NCBI GenBank assembly: GCA_947388185.1
Contig: CANDQP010000001.1
Coordinates: forward strand, 17,604 to 81,603
DNA from: an uncultured Dorea sp.
GTDB lineage: Bacteria; Bacillota; Clostridia; Lachnospirales; Lachnospiraceae
Length of the DNA: 64,000 nt
Direction: 5' to 3'
The notes below the pieces were generated by a model. That model did not search any database. It worked only from the letters and a program-made list of their open reading frames with translations, and was not told the DNA's origin. How positions within the stretch are numbered: the first letter of the stretch is position 1; each line of letters opens with the position of its first letter. This document shows, piece by piece, positions 1 through 9,172 of the stretch. A program made the position numbers and the translations under genes.

Positions 1-1674
1 CGCGGTATAGTGTTCCTTAGCTACTTCGCTGTCGTCTATCGATACGCTGACAAATTTATCAAAATCCCCGTTGACTCTTATAGTAACACTGCTATCGCCG
101 TTCTTGATTACTGTCTGATCTGCTCCCTCGGTGATCTCATAGCTGATCTGTTCAGTAGGAGGAACAGGATTCAGGGCTGCCAGAGCCGCTTCGATTGCGG
201 CGGCGTATCCGTCCACAACGTCCTGGTCCCAGAAAAGCTTTCCTCTGACTACGGCCTGTACAGCTTCTTCTACGATCTCAAAATTAGTGTAATCTTCCTT
301 CTTAAGCGCTTCGAACTTCTTGACCGCGGCGTCTACGGCGCTGTAATCTGCCTCTGAGAATGTGACATCATCGGAACCGTTCTGTATATTATCATAAGAA
401 GGCGTCCCGTTTGAAAGGATGACACCGCCTATATGTACATTTTTTTCGGAAGCGATTCCTCCCGCCCCGATCTCTGTCGTACCTCCGGTAATGGAGATGC
501 TTCCTACCGCGGAAATGCTGTTGTTATTGGCATTGCCGGAGGCTGTGATATCCGAATCCTTTATGGCCAGATCCCCTAAGATGCGAAGACCGCTCTTATT
601 CTGATCGGAGACAGCTATGACCTCAGAATCCGTAATTTCCGTAGGGCCTTTGCAGAAGATTCCTACGTCATTTGTTGTAACCGCATCCACGGAAGAATCC
701 CTGATAACAGTATTGTTATCCACAAACAAGGCTGGCCAGTAGCCTTTGACATCCACCTTCGAAGAATCTATGATCTCAAGTTCATCGCAGAAGATACCGT
801 TTGTTCCGGTTGATACCAGTGTGGCGGAAGAATCGGAAATGGTTACCTTGTTCCCGGCCGCTTGCAGGGCTTGTCCGTCTTGTGCAGAGATATCCAGTAC
901 AGATCCTCCGGAGATCTCTGTCTTACCGGCGACAACTCCATGCATAGCAGATTCCTTGATTGTAAGGCTGCTGCCAGAGATGTTCAGATTCCCGGAAAAA
1001 GAAATACCGGTATCCAGTGATTCCATGGTAATACTGGAATTATTGGTCACTGTGAGGGAATCCGCTCCTGACATGTTGATTCCGATACACTTCTTATCAG
1101 GATCGGCGAGTGAGTTCATGGCAATCTTTATCTTGGAGTTACTGATCAGATTATCGCTGCCCCAACTCTCAATCCCGTATGCACTGGCATCACTCATTTT
1201 GCCGATTGTTAATTGCAGTTCTGTATCTCTGATGGTCAGTCCGCCGCCTCGCACATGGATTCCGGCACAGGAAAATGTTGGAAGAGAAGAAGACGGGGCG
1301 GTATTGATTGAAAGCCTGCCGCCGTTGGTTCCTTTGATCGTTAATGGGTGTTCGCTCCAGATCCCGTAATGCGCGTTGATTGTATTCCCCCCAATTAATT
1401 CAATAGTTACACCGGGTTCCGTAATCTCTACCCCATATTGCACATCGCTTCCAGTAGTGCTTCCGATCACGGCATTGTCAAGTCTTAAGACCTTCGTGTT
1501 GGGATCGTATGATGCAGTACCGCTCCCGCAGGTGACATGGTAATCCGGCGTCGACAGGATATTGATTCCGTTTACGGAGATAGATCCGCCGGCTGCGGAT
1601 GCTGTTTCCGGCCGTATGGCCAACATAAGGCAGAGTGCCAGAAACATAAAAAACAATTTTCTTTTACCTCTCAT
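1..1674 (-). CDS. secreted cell-surface protein with beta-helix-like repeats and a FIVAR-like segment (3' end cut by window edge)
   Basis: The ORF track has no entry because the frame runs off the window. The reverse-strand ATG (complement of 1672-1674) has a GAAAGG RBS about 8 nt upstream. It reads MRGKRKLFFMFLALCLMLAIRPETASAAGG (signal peptide), followed by G/N/T/I-rich repeats typical of parallel beta-helix surface proteins. Near position 1 it reads ADYSAVDAAVKKFEALKKEDYTNFE, which is FIVAR-like. An ATG ORF of at least 60 aa ending inside the window would have been listed, so the frame is open to position 1. The + strand ORFs 10..357, 419..604 and 746..1369 are its shadows. Confidence 0.7.
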   Translation of the reverse strand, partial: MRGKRKLFFMFLALCLMLAIRPETASAAGGSISVNGINILSTPDYHVTCGSGTASYDPNTKVLRLDNAVIGSTTGSDVQYGVEITEPGVTIELIGGNTINAHYGIWSEHPLTIKGTNGGRLSINTAPSSSLPTFSCAGIHVRGGGLTIRDTELQLTIGKMSDASAYGIESWGSDNLISNSKIKIAMNSLADPDKKCIGINMSGADSLTVTNNSSITMESLDTGISFSGNLNISGSSLTIKESAMHGVVAGKTEISGGSVLDISAQDGQALQAAGNKVTISDSSATLVSTGTNGIFCDELEIIDSSKVDVKGYWPALFVDNNTVIRDSSVDAVTTNDVGIFCKGPTEITDSEVIAVSDQNKSGLRILGDLAIKDSDITASGNANNNSISAVGSISITGGTTEIGAGGIASEKNVHIGGVILSNGTPSYDNIQNGSDDVTFSEADYSAVDAAVKKFEALKKEDYTNFEIVEEAVQAVVRGKLFWDQDVVDGYAAAIEAALAALNPVPPTEQISYEITEGADQTVIKNGDSSVTIRVNGDFDKFVSVSIDDSEVAKEHYTA

Positions 1675-1774
1675 GATTTTTACCTTTCTAAAATATAAAA
1701 TGTATCATCAGTATATATCATTTCGAGAGTATACACAAGATATATGTTTTAAAGTTTCGGCAATGTACTATCAG

Positions 1775-1908
1775 GTAACAGTTCAGACAGGTCTGCGCAT
1801 TCACTGCGCTGACCGTGTCATAGAGTAGAGCCTGAAAGCATACGGCCCATCGCGAAGCGATTTTTAATGGCCGGATGCCTGTAACAGTGAAGGTATCTGA
1901 ACTGTTAC
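1775..1908. mobile_element. 134-bp non-autonomous MITE-like element with 13-bp terminal inverted repeats and an 8-bp target-site duplication
   Basis: GTAACAGTTCAGA at 1775-1787 is the exact reverse complement of TCTGAACTGTTAC at 1896-1908. The element is flanked by identical ACTATCAG at 1767-1774 and 1909-1916. It has no ORF and its interior is full of short hairpins (gcgcattcactgcgc; atcgcgaagcgat). Its right end (1881-1908) recurs 28/28 at 38621-38648. Confidence 0.6.
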
Positions 1909-1935
1909 ACTATCAGTATGGATGGGGACGGCGGG

Positions 1936-3495
1936 CTACAACTCGTGATCCCCCGCATAGGCCAGCACAAAAGCCACCATAGCCTGCGACCCGTCGCATT
2001 CATTTCCCATTACGGAGACCGCCTTCTTCACCTTGTTCTGAACCGTGTTCCGGTGAAGGAAGATGGCATTGGAGGTCTGTCCGATGCTGCGTCCGTTCTC
2101 CAGATAGTGCATAAAGATCTCGCACAGGTCGGTATGGTTCTTCCGGTCGTATCTCTTAAGCACTTCATAGCACGGCGATGTCAGCATCGGAGACGGGACA
2201 GATCTTTTTAATTCCTGTAATATATATGGTACAAATACATCTTTAAACTGGTAGAATTCCCGTGGTTTTTCATCCTTGAGCCGTCCTAAGCGGATGGCTT
2301 CGTTGCATTGCAGCACTGCGGTCGGCAATTCCATCAGCGAGAAGAAGGTATTGGAGATGCCGCAGGTGTAAGTGATGCCGCCCATACAGTTGCGGAACAG
2401 CGTCTCCTGGTCGGGGGAGAGGAAGCTGCCAAGCTTGTCGGAATCGCTGGTAAAACGAAGGACATACAATGCATTCTGATGGACGAAGGGCTTCCAGCCA
2501 GGCGCAGCGTTCCTGAGATTCCAGCTCACGAAGGAGTAGGGCATCTCGGAAATATTCTCATAGCTGACACGTGCAAGGCGGAAATATCCTTCCATGGAAA
2601 GCCCCGGTATGAAACTGATCTGGTCTTCATACTGTTTGCTCGGGGTGTCAGGGTGGTCCAGGATCTCTGTGAAGAGGGATTCATAGATCTCCGAGGAGGA
2701 GCGGCTCTTGAAGCGTTCCTGCTGGAAATAAAGCATAAGGTTCTCAGAGATGATATTCATCAGATCCAGATAATTGGTCTTGGGATGAATGCTGCACCGG
2801 AATACAAGGGCGTAACCCACGGTGTGTCCGTTCGCGGTAAAACGGTACATCATGCTGTAGTAGCATTCGTGGGTGGTGAGACAGTAGTAGTTGATCAGCG
2901 GATTGGCCGCCTGCTCTGAGGTGGAGATCAGCCCGTCCTGGCGAAGCCTTGTCATGGTATCCGGCGTGACGTATCCGGCGTCTAAGATATCGTCCATGAT
3001 AGGGTCGTCGGTTCCCGGGGTCTTCACGTATCCAAGCAGGGAGAAATTCCGGTCCAGTATCACCATGGGGTGTACGATATAGACATTCGTCAGTTCGAGA
3101 AGCTCCTTAAGCGGCCGGTCTTTCAGCAGCGCCAGATGAAAATTTGTATCCCACACTTCAAAATCATGGAAGATGGTCAGCACCTTGTTGAATACGGTGG
3201 GGAAGCTGTCGTTGGAGTACAGCAGTACAAGGGACAGTTCATGGTTGAATTCGTTCAAGTGTGTTTCTCTGTTCTGGCAGACGCACAGGAAGGTGTCTGA
3301 ATTCGTGATCTGATCTGAATATGTACGAAGCATCTCTTCCGACAGGAGATAGAGATACCGCTTGCTGTCTTCCAAAGTGAAGTTGATATCGAAGAATTTG
3401 ACACCGTCATAGTCGGTGGTCAGGTTGATGTTCTGTGATTCGTACAGACTGTTTGCCGAGAGCTGGTACAGTATTACATTTAATGGTAATTGCAT
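1936..3495 (-). CDS. PucR/CdaR-family transcriptional regulator
   Basis: 519-aa ORF with an AGAGGAA RBS. The C-terminal helix-turn-helix LENGRSIGQTSNAIFLHRNTVQNKVKK matches the PucR C-terminal HTH pattern. It is divergent from focA. Confidence 0.8.
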   Translation of the reverse strand: MQLPLNVILYQLSANSLYESQNINLTTDYDGVKFFDINFTLEDSKRYLYLLSEEMLRTYSDQITNSDTFLCVCQNRETHLNEFNHELSLVLLYSNDSFPTVFNKVLTIFHDFEVWDTNFHLALLKDRPLKELLELTNVYIVHPMVILDRNFSLLGYVKTPGTDDPIMDDILDAGYVTPDTMTRLRQDGLISTSEQAANPLINYYCLTTHECYYSMMYRFTANGHTVGYALVFRCSIHPKTNYLDLMNIISENLMLYFQQERFKSRSSSEIYESLFTEILDHPDTPSKQYEDQISFIPGLSMEGYFRLARVSYENISEMPYSFVSWNLRNAAPGWKPFVHQNALYVLRFTSDSDKLGSFLSPDQETLFRNCMGGITYTCGISNTFFSLMELPTAVLQCNEAIRLGRLKDEKPREFYQFKDVFVPYILQELKRSVPSPMLTSPCYEVLKRYDRKNHTDLCEIFMHYLENGRSIGQTSNAIFLHRNTVQNKVKKAVSVMGNECDGSQAMVAFVLAYAGDHEL

Positions 3496-3727
3496 AACTT
3501 ATTCCTCTAAAATTAAAATTGTGTTAAAATATTAGCAGGATTGACGTTCTTTTGTCAAACTACTGTGTGATCGTAAAAAATCACCATTTTATTATAGAAT
3601 AGCATAATAAATGTGCATTATGCATAGATAATCAACAAAAAAATGTTTTTTTTCACATACAAAAATCTGGTAAATAATTTTATGATTGTATAGGTTGAAA
3701 AAGAAATGAAAAGGGAGGGATGCAATT

Positions 3728-4555
3728 ATGAATTTATTTACACCGGCCGAGGTGGCAAAAAATTATATTGCAACAGGAAAAGCGAAAGTGAATACACCGG
3801 TCAGCAAGATGTTTGTTCTGGCGATTCTTGCAGGTGCGTTCATTGCAGTAGGAGGTGTGGGAGCTACGACGGTGGCAGTGTCAGTCCCGCTTGCGTCAGT
3901 CGGGAAGTTCGCCGGGGCGTGTGTGTTCCCGGGAGGCCTTAGCATGGTGCTTCTTGCCGGAAGCGAGTTGTTTACCGGCAATACGCTGCTTGTGATCCCG
4001 CTTCTGGAAAAGGAGATCAGCCCGGCAGGAATGCTGAAGAACTGGGTTGTCGTATACCTGGGTAATATCGTCGGCGGATTCCTGATCGCGGCGGGCATCG
4101 TGTATTCACACCAGGTCAGCTTATTCGGCAATCAGATGGCGGTCTCGGTTCTGTCTACGGCGGCGGGGAAATGTACGATGCCGTTTGGCGACGCACTGAT
4201 CAAGGGAATCTTATGTAATTTCCTGGTATGTATAGCGGTGTGGATCTCTTTTGCGGCGAAGGATGTTGCGGGAAAGATCGCGGGGTTATTTTTCCCGATC
4301 ATGATGTTCGTGCTGTGCGGATTCGAGCATAGCGTGGCCAATATGTACTACATCAGCGCGGGGCTTTTTGCAAAAGGGATTCCAGAGTATGCCGAAGCGG
4401 CGGCAGAGGCCGGGGTGAATCTTGACGCGATCACCTGGGGCGGATTCTTCGGGGGCAATCTGCTTCCGGTGACCATCGGCAACATCATCGGCGGCGCAGT
4501 CTGTGTCGGATGCGCGTACTGGTTCGTCTATCTGCGCAAGGGACAGGCGAAGTAG
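3728..4555 (+). CDS. focA: formate/nitrite transporter (FNT family), probable formate channel
   Basis: 275 aa, polytopic, with a GGGAGGG RBS. It has FNT signatures FPGGLSMVLLAGSELFTGN and CGFEHSVANMY, and sits directly upstream of the formate dehydrogenase genes. Confidence 0.9.
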   Translation: MNLFTPAEVAKNYIATGKAKVNTPVSKMFVLAILAGAFIAVGGVGATTVAVSVPLASVGKFAGACVFPGGLSMVLLAGSELFTGNTLLVIPLLEKEISPAGMLKNWVVVYLGNIVGGFLIAAGIVYSHQVSLFGNQMAVSVLSTAAGKCTMPFGDALIKGILCNFLVCIAVWISFAAKDVAGKIAGLFFPIMMFVLCGFEHSVANMYYISAGLFAKGIPEYAEAAAEAGVNLDAITWGGFFGGNLLPVTIGNIIGGAVCVGCAYWFVYLRKGQAK

Positions 4556-4617
4556 AGAGGATATTATGAGGAAAGAGAAGCAGTCATTTTACATATTTCT
4601 AGAAGGGAGAAACAAGA

Positions 4618-6456
4618 ATGAGTAAGATTTATCTTGCAAACAGCAGGCTCAGTGACGCGAAGATCGGGCCGCTGCTTAAGAAGTTCTCGAACAAGGTCAA
4701 TGTGTACCCGCCGGGAACCTGTCCGCTTACGGTTCAGTTGTCGCTCTTACAGGCGTCAAGGAACCAGACCTGCGGCAAATGTGTACCCTGCCGGGACGGC
4801 CTCAGGCAATTGGAGAAGATGCTGATCAGGATCCTCCGCGGGCGGGCGGATATGGACACTCTGATCGAGATGAAGGAGCTGGCGGCAATGATCCGCGACA
4901 GTGCGGACTGCGCGATCGGCTATCAGTCGGCCATCGAGGTTCTGGAGGGCTTAGAGACGTTCAAGGAGGATTATATCAGCCACATCCGCAGGCAGGAATG
5001 TACAGGCATTACCGGGCAGAAGATCCCGTGCGTGACCTTATGTCCGGCGCATGTGGATATACCGGGATATATAGCCCATGTACAGGAGGGCAATTATGAC
5101 AAAGCCATCAACCTGATACGAAGGGATAACCCGCTTCCGACGGCGTGCGCCATGATCTGCGAGCACCCATGCGAGGAGCGCTGCAGAAGGAACCTGATCG
5201 ATACTTCTCTTAATATCCGGGGCGTCAAGAAATACGCGGTAGATCAGATCGTTGCGGATAAGGTGGAGGTTCCCCGGGCGAATCCGGCAACAGGGAAGAA
5301 GGTTGCCGTCATAGGCGGAGGCCCAAGCGGAATGACGGCGGCATATTATCTGTCTCTGATGGGTCATAAGGTGACCGTGTATGAGGCGAAGGAGAGGCTC
5401 GGCGGTATGCTGATGTACGGGATCCCGAACTACCGTTTCCCCAAGGACAGGCTTGACGAGGATATGAACGCCATCCTGTCAACTGGAAATATTGAGGTAA
5501 AATACGGCGTCAATGTGGGGGTGGATGTTCCGATCGAAGAGATACATAAGAGTTATGACGCCATGTATGTGGCAATCGGCGCTCAGGCAGGCAAGAAGTT
5601 GAGGCTTGAAGGAATTGACGCGAAGAATGTGTTCTCGGCGGTAGAGATGTTAGACGAGATCGGGCATGACAGGAAGCCTGATTATACCGGCAAGACGGTG
5701 GCGGTCATCGGCGGCGGCAATGTTGCCATGGATGCGGCAAGAAGCGCGCTTCGCTGCGGAGCTGCGGATGTGCGGATCGTGTACCGGAGACGGCAGGAGG
5801 ATATGACTGCGCTGGATACGGAGATCGAGTCTGCCGTGATGGAAGGTATCGAGCTGATGCTTCTGCAGGCGCCGAAGAGTATCGAGAAGGACGAGGAAGG
5901 GAATTGCTGTGCCCTGTGGACCCAGCCTCAGATGATCGGGCCGTACAGAAGCGGCAGGCCGGCGCCTGTGGACGCAGTTTCCAAGGAGCCTTTGCGTATC
6001 CCCTGTGATGTAATATTGATCGCTGTGGGACAGGATATTGTCAGCGCGCCGTTTGAAGAATTCGGAATGCCCGCCCAGAGAAATGTGTTCCAGGCGGGGC
6101 TTGATACGGCGATCGCCAATATGCCGGGAATCTTCGTGGGCGGCGACTGTGCGACGGGACCGGCTACGGCGATCCGTGCGATCGCGGCGGGCAAGGTCGC
6201 GGCGCATAATATTGACGAGTATCTGGGATATCATCACAAGCTTGACTGCGGCGTAAAAGCGCCGGATGCAAGGCCCAACAACCGGATCCCGACGGGGCGC
6301 GTCAATATCCAGGAGCGTCCGGCTTACTTAAGGAAGCATGATTTCGAGCATGTGGAATGTCCGATGACCTATGAGGAGATTCAGCAGGAGTGCGGCAGAT
6401 GCCTGCGGTGTGATGTATTTGGATGCGGAAAGCTTGACGGTGCGGTAGACAAATAG
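4618..6456 (+). CDS. NAD(P)H-binding Fe-S flavoprotein (NuoF-type 4Fe-4S N-domain fused to a GltD-like pyridine-nucleotide oxidoreductase); probable electron-transfer subunit of the formate dehydrogenase
   Basis: 612 aa. It has CGKCVPCRDG (NuoF-like cluster motif) and a GltD-like N-terminal Fe-S region, CPAHVDIPGY...CEHPCEERC. It also has two Rossmann motifs, VAVIGGGPSGMTAAYYL and VAVIGGGNVAMDAA. The stop lies 10 nt before fdhA. Confidence 0.85.
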   Translation: MSKIYLANSRLSDAKIGPLLKKFSNKVNVYPPGTCPLTVQLSLLQASRNQTCGKCVPCRDGLRQLEKMLIRILRGRADMDTLIEMKELAAMIRDSADCAIGYQSAIEVLEGLETFKEDYISHIRRQECTGITGQKIPCVTLCPAHVDIPGYIAHVQEGNYDKAINLIRRDNPLPTACAMICEHPCEERCRRNLIDTSLNIRGVKKYAVDQIVADKVEVPRANPATGKKVAVIGGGPSGMTAAYYLSLMGHKVTVYEAKERLGGMLMYGIPNYRFPKDRLDEDMNAILSTGNIEVKYGVNVGVDVPIEEIHKSYDAMYVAIGAQAGKKLRLEGIDAKNVFSAVEMLDEIGHDRKPDYTGKTVAVIGGGNVAMDAARSALRCGAADVRIVYRRRQEDMTALDTEIESAVMEGIELMLLQAPKSIEKDEEGNCCALWTQPQMIGPYRSGRPAPVDAVSKEPLRIPCDVILIAVGQDIVSAPFEEFGMPAQRNVFQAGLDTAIANMPGIFVGGDCATGPATAIRAIAAGKVAAHNIDEYLGYHHKLDCGVKAPDARPNNRIPTGRVNIQERPAYLRKHDFEHVECPMTYEEIQQECGRCLRCDVFGCGKLDGAVDK

Positions 6457-6466
6457 GAGGAAGAAG

Positions 6467-9172
6467 ATGCAGATAACAATAAATGGAAGAAATATAGAGG
6501 CCGCCGAGGGCAGCACGATCCTTCAGACGGCCCGCAGGGAGGGAATTGAGATCCCGACACTCTGTTATCTCGAGGGTGTCAATGATATCGGCTCCTGCCG
6601 TCTGTGTGTGGTAGAGCTTAGCGGATCGGAAGAACTGGTTCCCGCCTGCAATACGAAGGTGAAGGAAGGTATGGTGATCCTGACCCACAGTGAACGTGTA
6701 ACGGCAGCGAGAAGGATGGTACTGAACCTTCTGTTGTCCGAGCACTACGGGGACTGTTTCAGCTGTGAGAAGAACGGGGACTGCGAGCTGCAGAAATACT
6801 GTATTGAGTATGGCGTGGAGACGACGGAATTTACCGGCGCGAGGAAGGAGAAGAACTTCAAGAAGAAAGACGCTCATCCGTTCTTAAGTTATGATCCTGA
6901 CCGCTGTATCGAATGCCAGAGATGTGTGAAGACCTGTTCTCATGTGACTGGCCGGGGAGCGATCTGGCTTGGTAAGACGGGGATGTTCTCTATCATCGAC
7001 GCTCCGTTTGGAGAAGACTGGAAGGATACGCTCTGCGAGTCCTGCGGAAACTGTGCCCAGGCGTGCCCGACAGGCGCTCTGACGGTGAAGCGCAGAAAGA
7101 CTTACCGTGCGTGGGAGGTTGAGAAGGTACGGACCACCTGTCCACACTGTGCTACGGGCTGCCAGATGGATCTGGTGGTCAAGAACGGGAAGATCGTGGA
7201 TGCGGTCGGCGCAGACGGACCGTCGAACCATGGACTTCTCTGTGTCAAGGGACGGAGCGGGTCCTTTGATTTCGTGGATTCTCCGGAGAGGATCCGTTAT
7301 CCGCTCATTAAGAATAAAGCGACGGGTGAGTTCGAGAGGGCTACCTGGGAGGAAGCTTTAAGCCTTACGGCTTCTAAGTTTACCGAGATCAAAAATCAAT
7401 ACGGAGGTGAGGCGCTGGCCGGTTTTGCCTGCTCACGTTCAGCCAATGAAGACATTTACATGCTTCAGAAAATGGTTCGGACGGTATTTGGGAGCAACAA
7501 TACCGATAACTGCGCGCGCGTTTGACATGCTCCTACTGTTGCCGGGTTGGCAACCACATTAGGTTCGGGAGCAATGACGAACACCATTTATGATATTACA
7601 CATGAGTCCGACGCCATTCTGATGGTGGGGACGAATCCGGAATGTGCACATCCGGTCATCGGTATGCAAATCCGGCAGGCCGTGGCAAGAGGGGCGAAGC
7701 TGATCGTTGTGGATCCCCGGGATATCGACCTTGCAAAACAGGCGGACATCCATCTGAAGCTGCGTCCCGGCACCAACGTTGCATTTGCCAACGGTATGAT
7801 GCATATTTTTATCGAAGAAGGACTGGCAGATGAGAAATTCATCAGCGAGAGAACGGAAAATTATGAGGCTATGAAGGAAGCCGTGCGGGAGTATACGCCT
7901 GAAAAGGTAGGAGAGATCTGCGGTATCGACCCGGATAAGCTGCGTGAGGCGGCAAGGATCTACGCTGCGGCGGATAAGGCGCCGGTGATGTACTGTCTTG
8001 GCGTTACAGAGCACCATACGGGTACGGAAGGGGTTATGTCCCTGTCTAATATGGCGCTGATGGTCGGCAAGATCGGACGTCCGGGATGCGGTGTGAATCC
8101 GATCCGCGGACAGAACAACGTACAGGGAGCCTGTGATATGGGCGCTTCTCCGAACCAGTTCCCGGGCTACCAGAACATTTCCAAAGAGGGAATTGTCGAA
8201 AAGTTCGAGAAAGCATGGGGCGTTGCGCTTAACCATAAGGAAGGCACGAAGGCGACGGACTGCTTCCCGAAGATGATCAGCAAGGAGATCCGGGGACTAT
8301 TCATCTTCGGAGAGGATCCGGTGAGAACGGACCCGAATACCAATCATGTGATCAAGGCGCTTCAGTCGCTTGACTTCTTTGTCGTGGATGAATTATTCAT
8401 GACGGAGACCGCGAAGCTTGCAGATGTAGTTCTTCCGGGAATCTCCTATGCGGAGAAGGAGGGGACGTTTACCAATACGGAGCGCCGTGTTCAGAGGATC
8501 CGCAAGGCTGCTGCGATCGCGGGAGAGGCGAAGCCGGATACCTGGATATTCACGGAGATCATGAACCGTATGGGATATCCTCAGCCGCATCTTACGCCTG
8601 CCGAGATCATGGACGAGATCGCTTCGGTAACGCCTTCCTACGGCGGAATCAGCCATGCGCGTCTTGACAGCGAAGAAGTCGGCGGACGGGGACTGCAGTG
8701 GCCGTGTCCTGCGGCAGACCATCCGGGAACTCCGATCATGCATGTGGGCAAGTTCGCAAGAGGAGTCGGGTATTTCCGTCCTGCTCAGTATATTCCGGCT
8801 ACGGAGCTGCCGGATGAGGAGTATCCGCTTACCATGATGACCGGACGTATCCTGTATCACTACAATGCCTGCGCTATGACGGACAAGACGGCGGGCATCA
8901 ACGAGATCGCCGGAGAGTCATTTATCGAGCTGAATACGCTGGATGCGAAGGCGCTTGGTATTGAGGATGGGGAGAAGATCTCGGTATCCTCACGCCGCGG
9001 AGCGATCCAGACGACGGCGCATGTATCTGAGAAGACCAGGGCAGGGGAATGCTGGATGCCGTTCCATTATATCGAGGGCGGCGCGAACTGGCTGACCAAC
9101 GACGCGTTAGACGGTATTTCCAGTACGCCGGAGTACAAGGTGTGCGCGGTAAAAGTGGAGAAGATATCATAA
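6467..9172 (+). CDS. fdhA: formate dehydrogenase catalytic subunit, selenocysteine-containing (2Fe-2S/4Fe-4S N-domain plus molybdopterin domain); the TGA at 7523-7525 is read as Sec
   Basis: Track ORFs 6467..7525 and 7547..9172 are in the same frame (7547-6467=1080). The junction reads ...SNNTDNCARV-TGA-HAPTVAGLATTLGSGAMTN, which matches the conserved FDH active-site context R-V-U/C-H-x-P-[ST]-V. A SECIS-like hairpin follows. The N-terminus has 2Fe-2S ferredoxin and 4Fe-4S motifs (CRLCVVE; CIECQRCVKTC; CESCGNCAQACP; CPHCATGC). Confidence 0.85.
7523..7554 (+). promoter_or_regulatory. UGA(Sec) codon plus candidate bacterial SECIS hairpin
   Basis: TGA at 7523-7525. Twelve nt downstream, GTTGCC-GGGTT-GGCAAC (7538-7554) forms a 6-bp stem with a G/U-rich apical loop, at the position expected for a SelB-binding SECIS. 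Confidence 0.7.

Noticed and set aside
10-1369. Plus-strand track ORFs 10..357, 419..604 and 746..1369.
   Set aside because: They lie antisense to a long reverse-strand reading frame with an RBS, a signal peptide and recognisable surface-protein repeats. They have odd composition and no RBS.
1869-1881. A 13-mer, TGGCCGGATGCCT, is shared between the MITE interior (1869-1881) and the hairpin at 27926-27938 (reverse strand).
   Set aside because: A rough estimate gives about a 0.25 chance expectation for such a match between a 134-bp element and the window. Similarity does not extend beyond the 13 nt.
3561-3584. A canonical CRP/FNR box (TGTGA-N6-TCACA) upstream of focA.
   Set aside because: The TGTGA and TCAC half-sites are 10 nt apart, not 6, so only a generic palindrome is claimed.
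6467-9172. Reading 6467..7525 and 7547..9172 as two separate genes, or as a nonsense-mutated pseudogene.
   Set aside because: Both parts share a frame. The TGA falls exactly at the conserved Sec/Cys active-site position (CARV-x-HAPTVAGL), a SECIS-like hairpin follows, and the second ORF has no RBS of its own.
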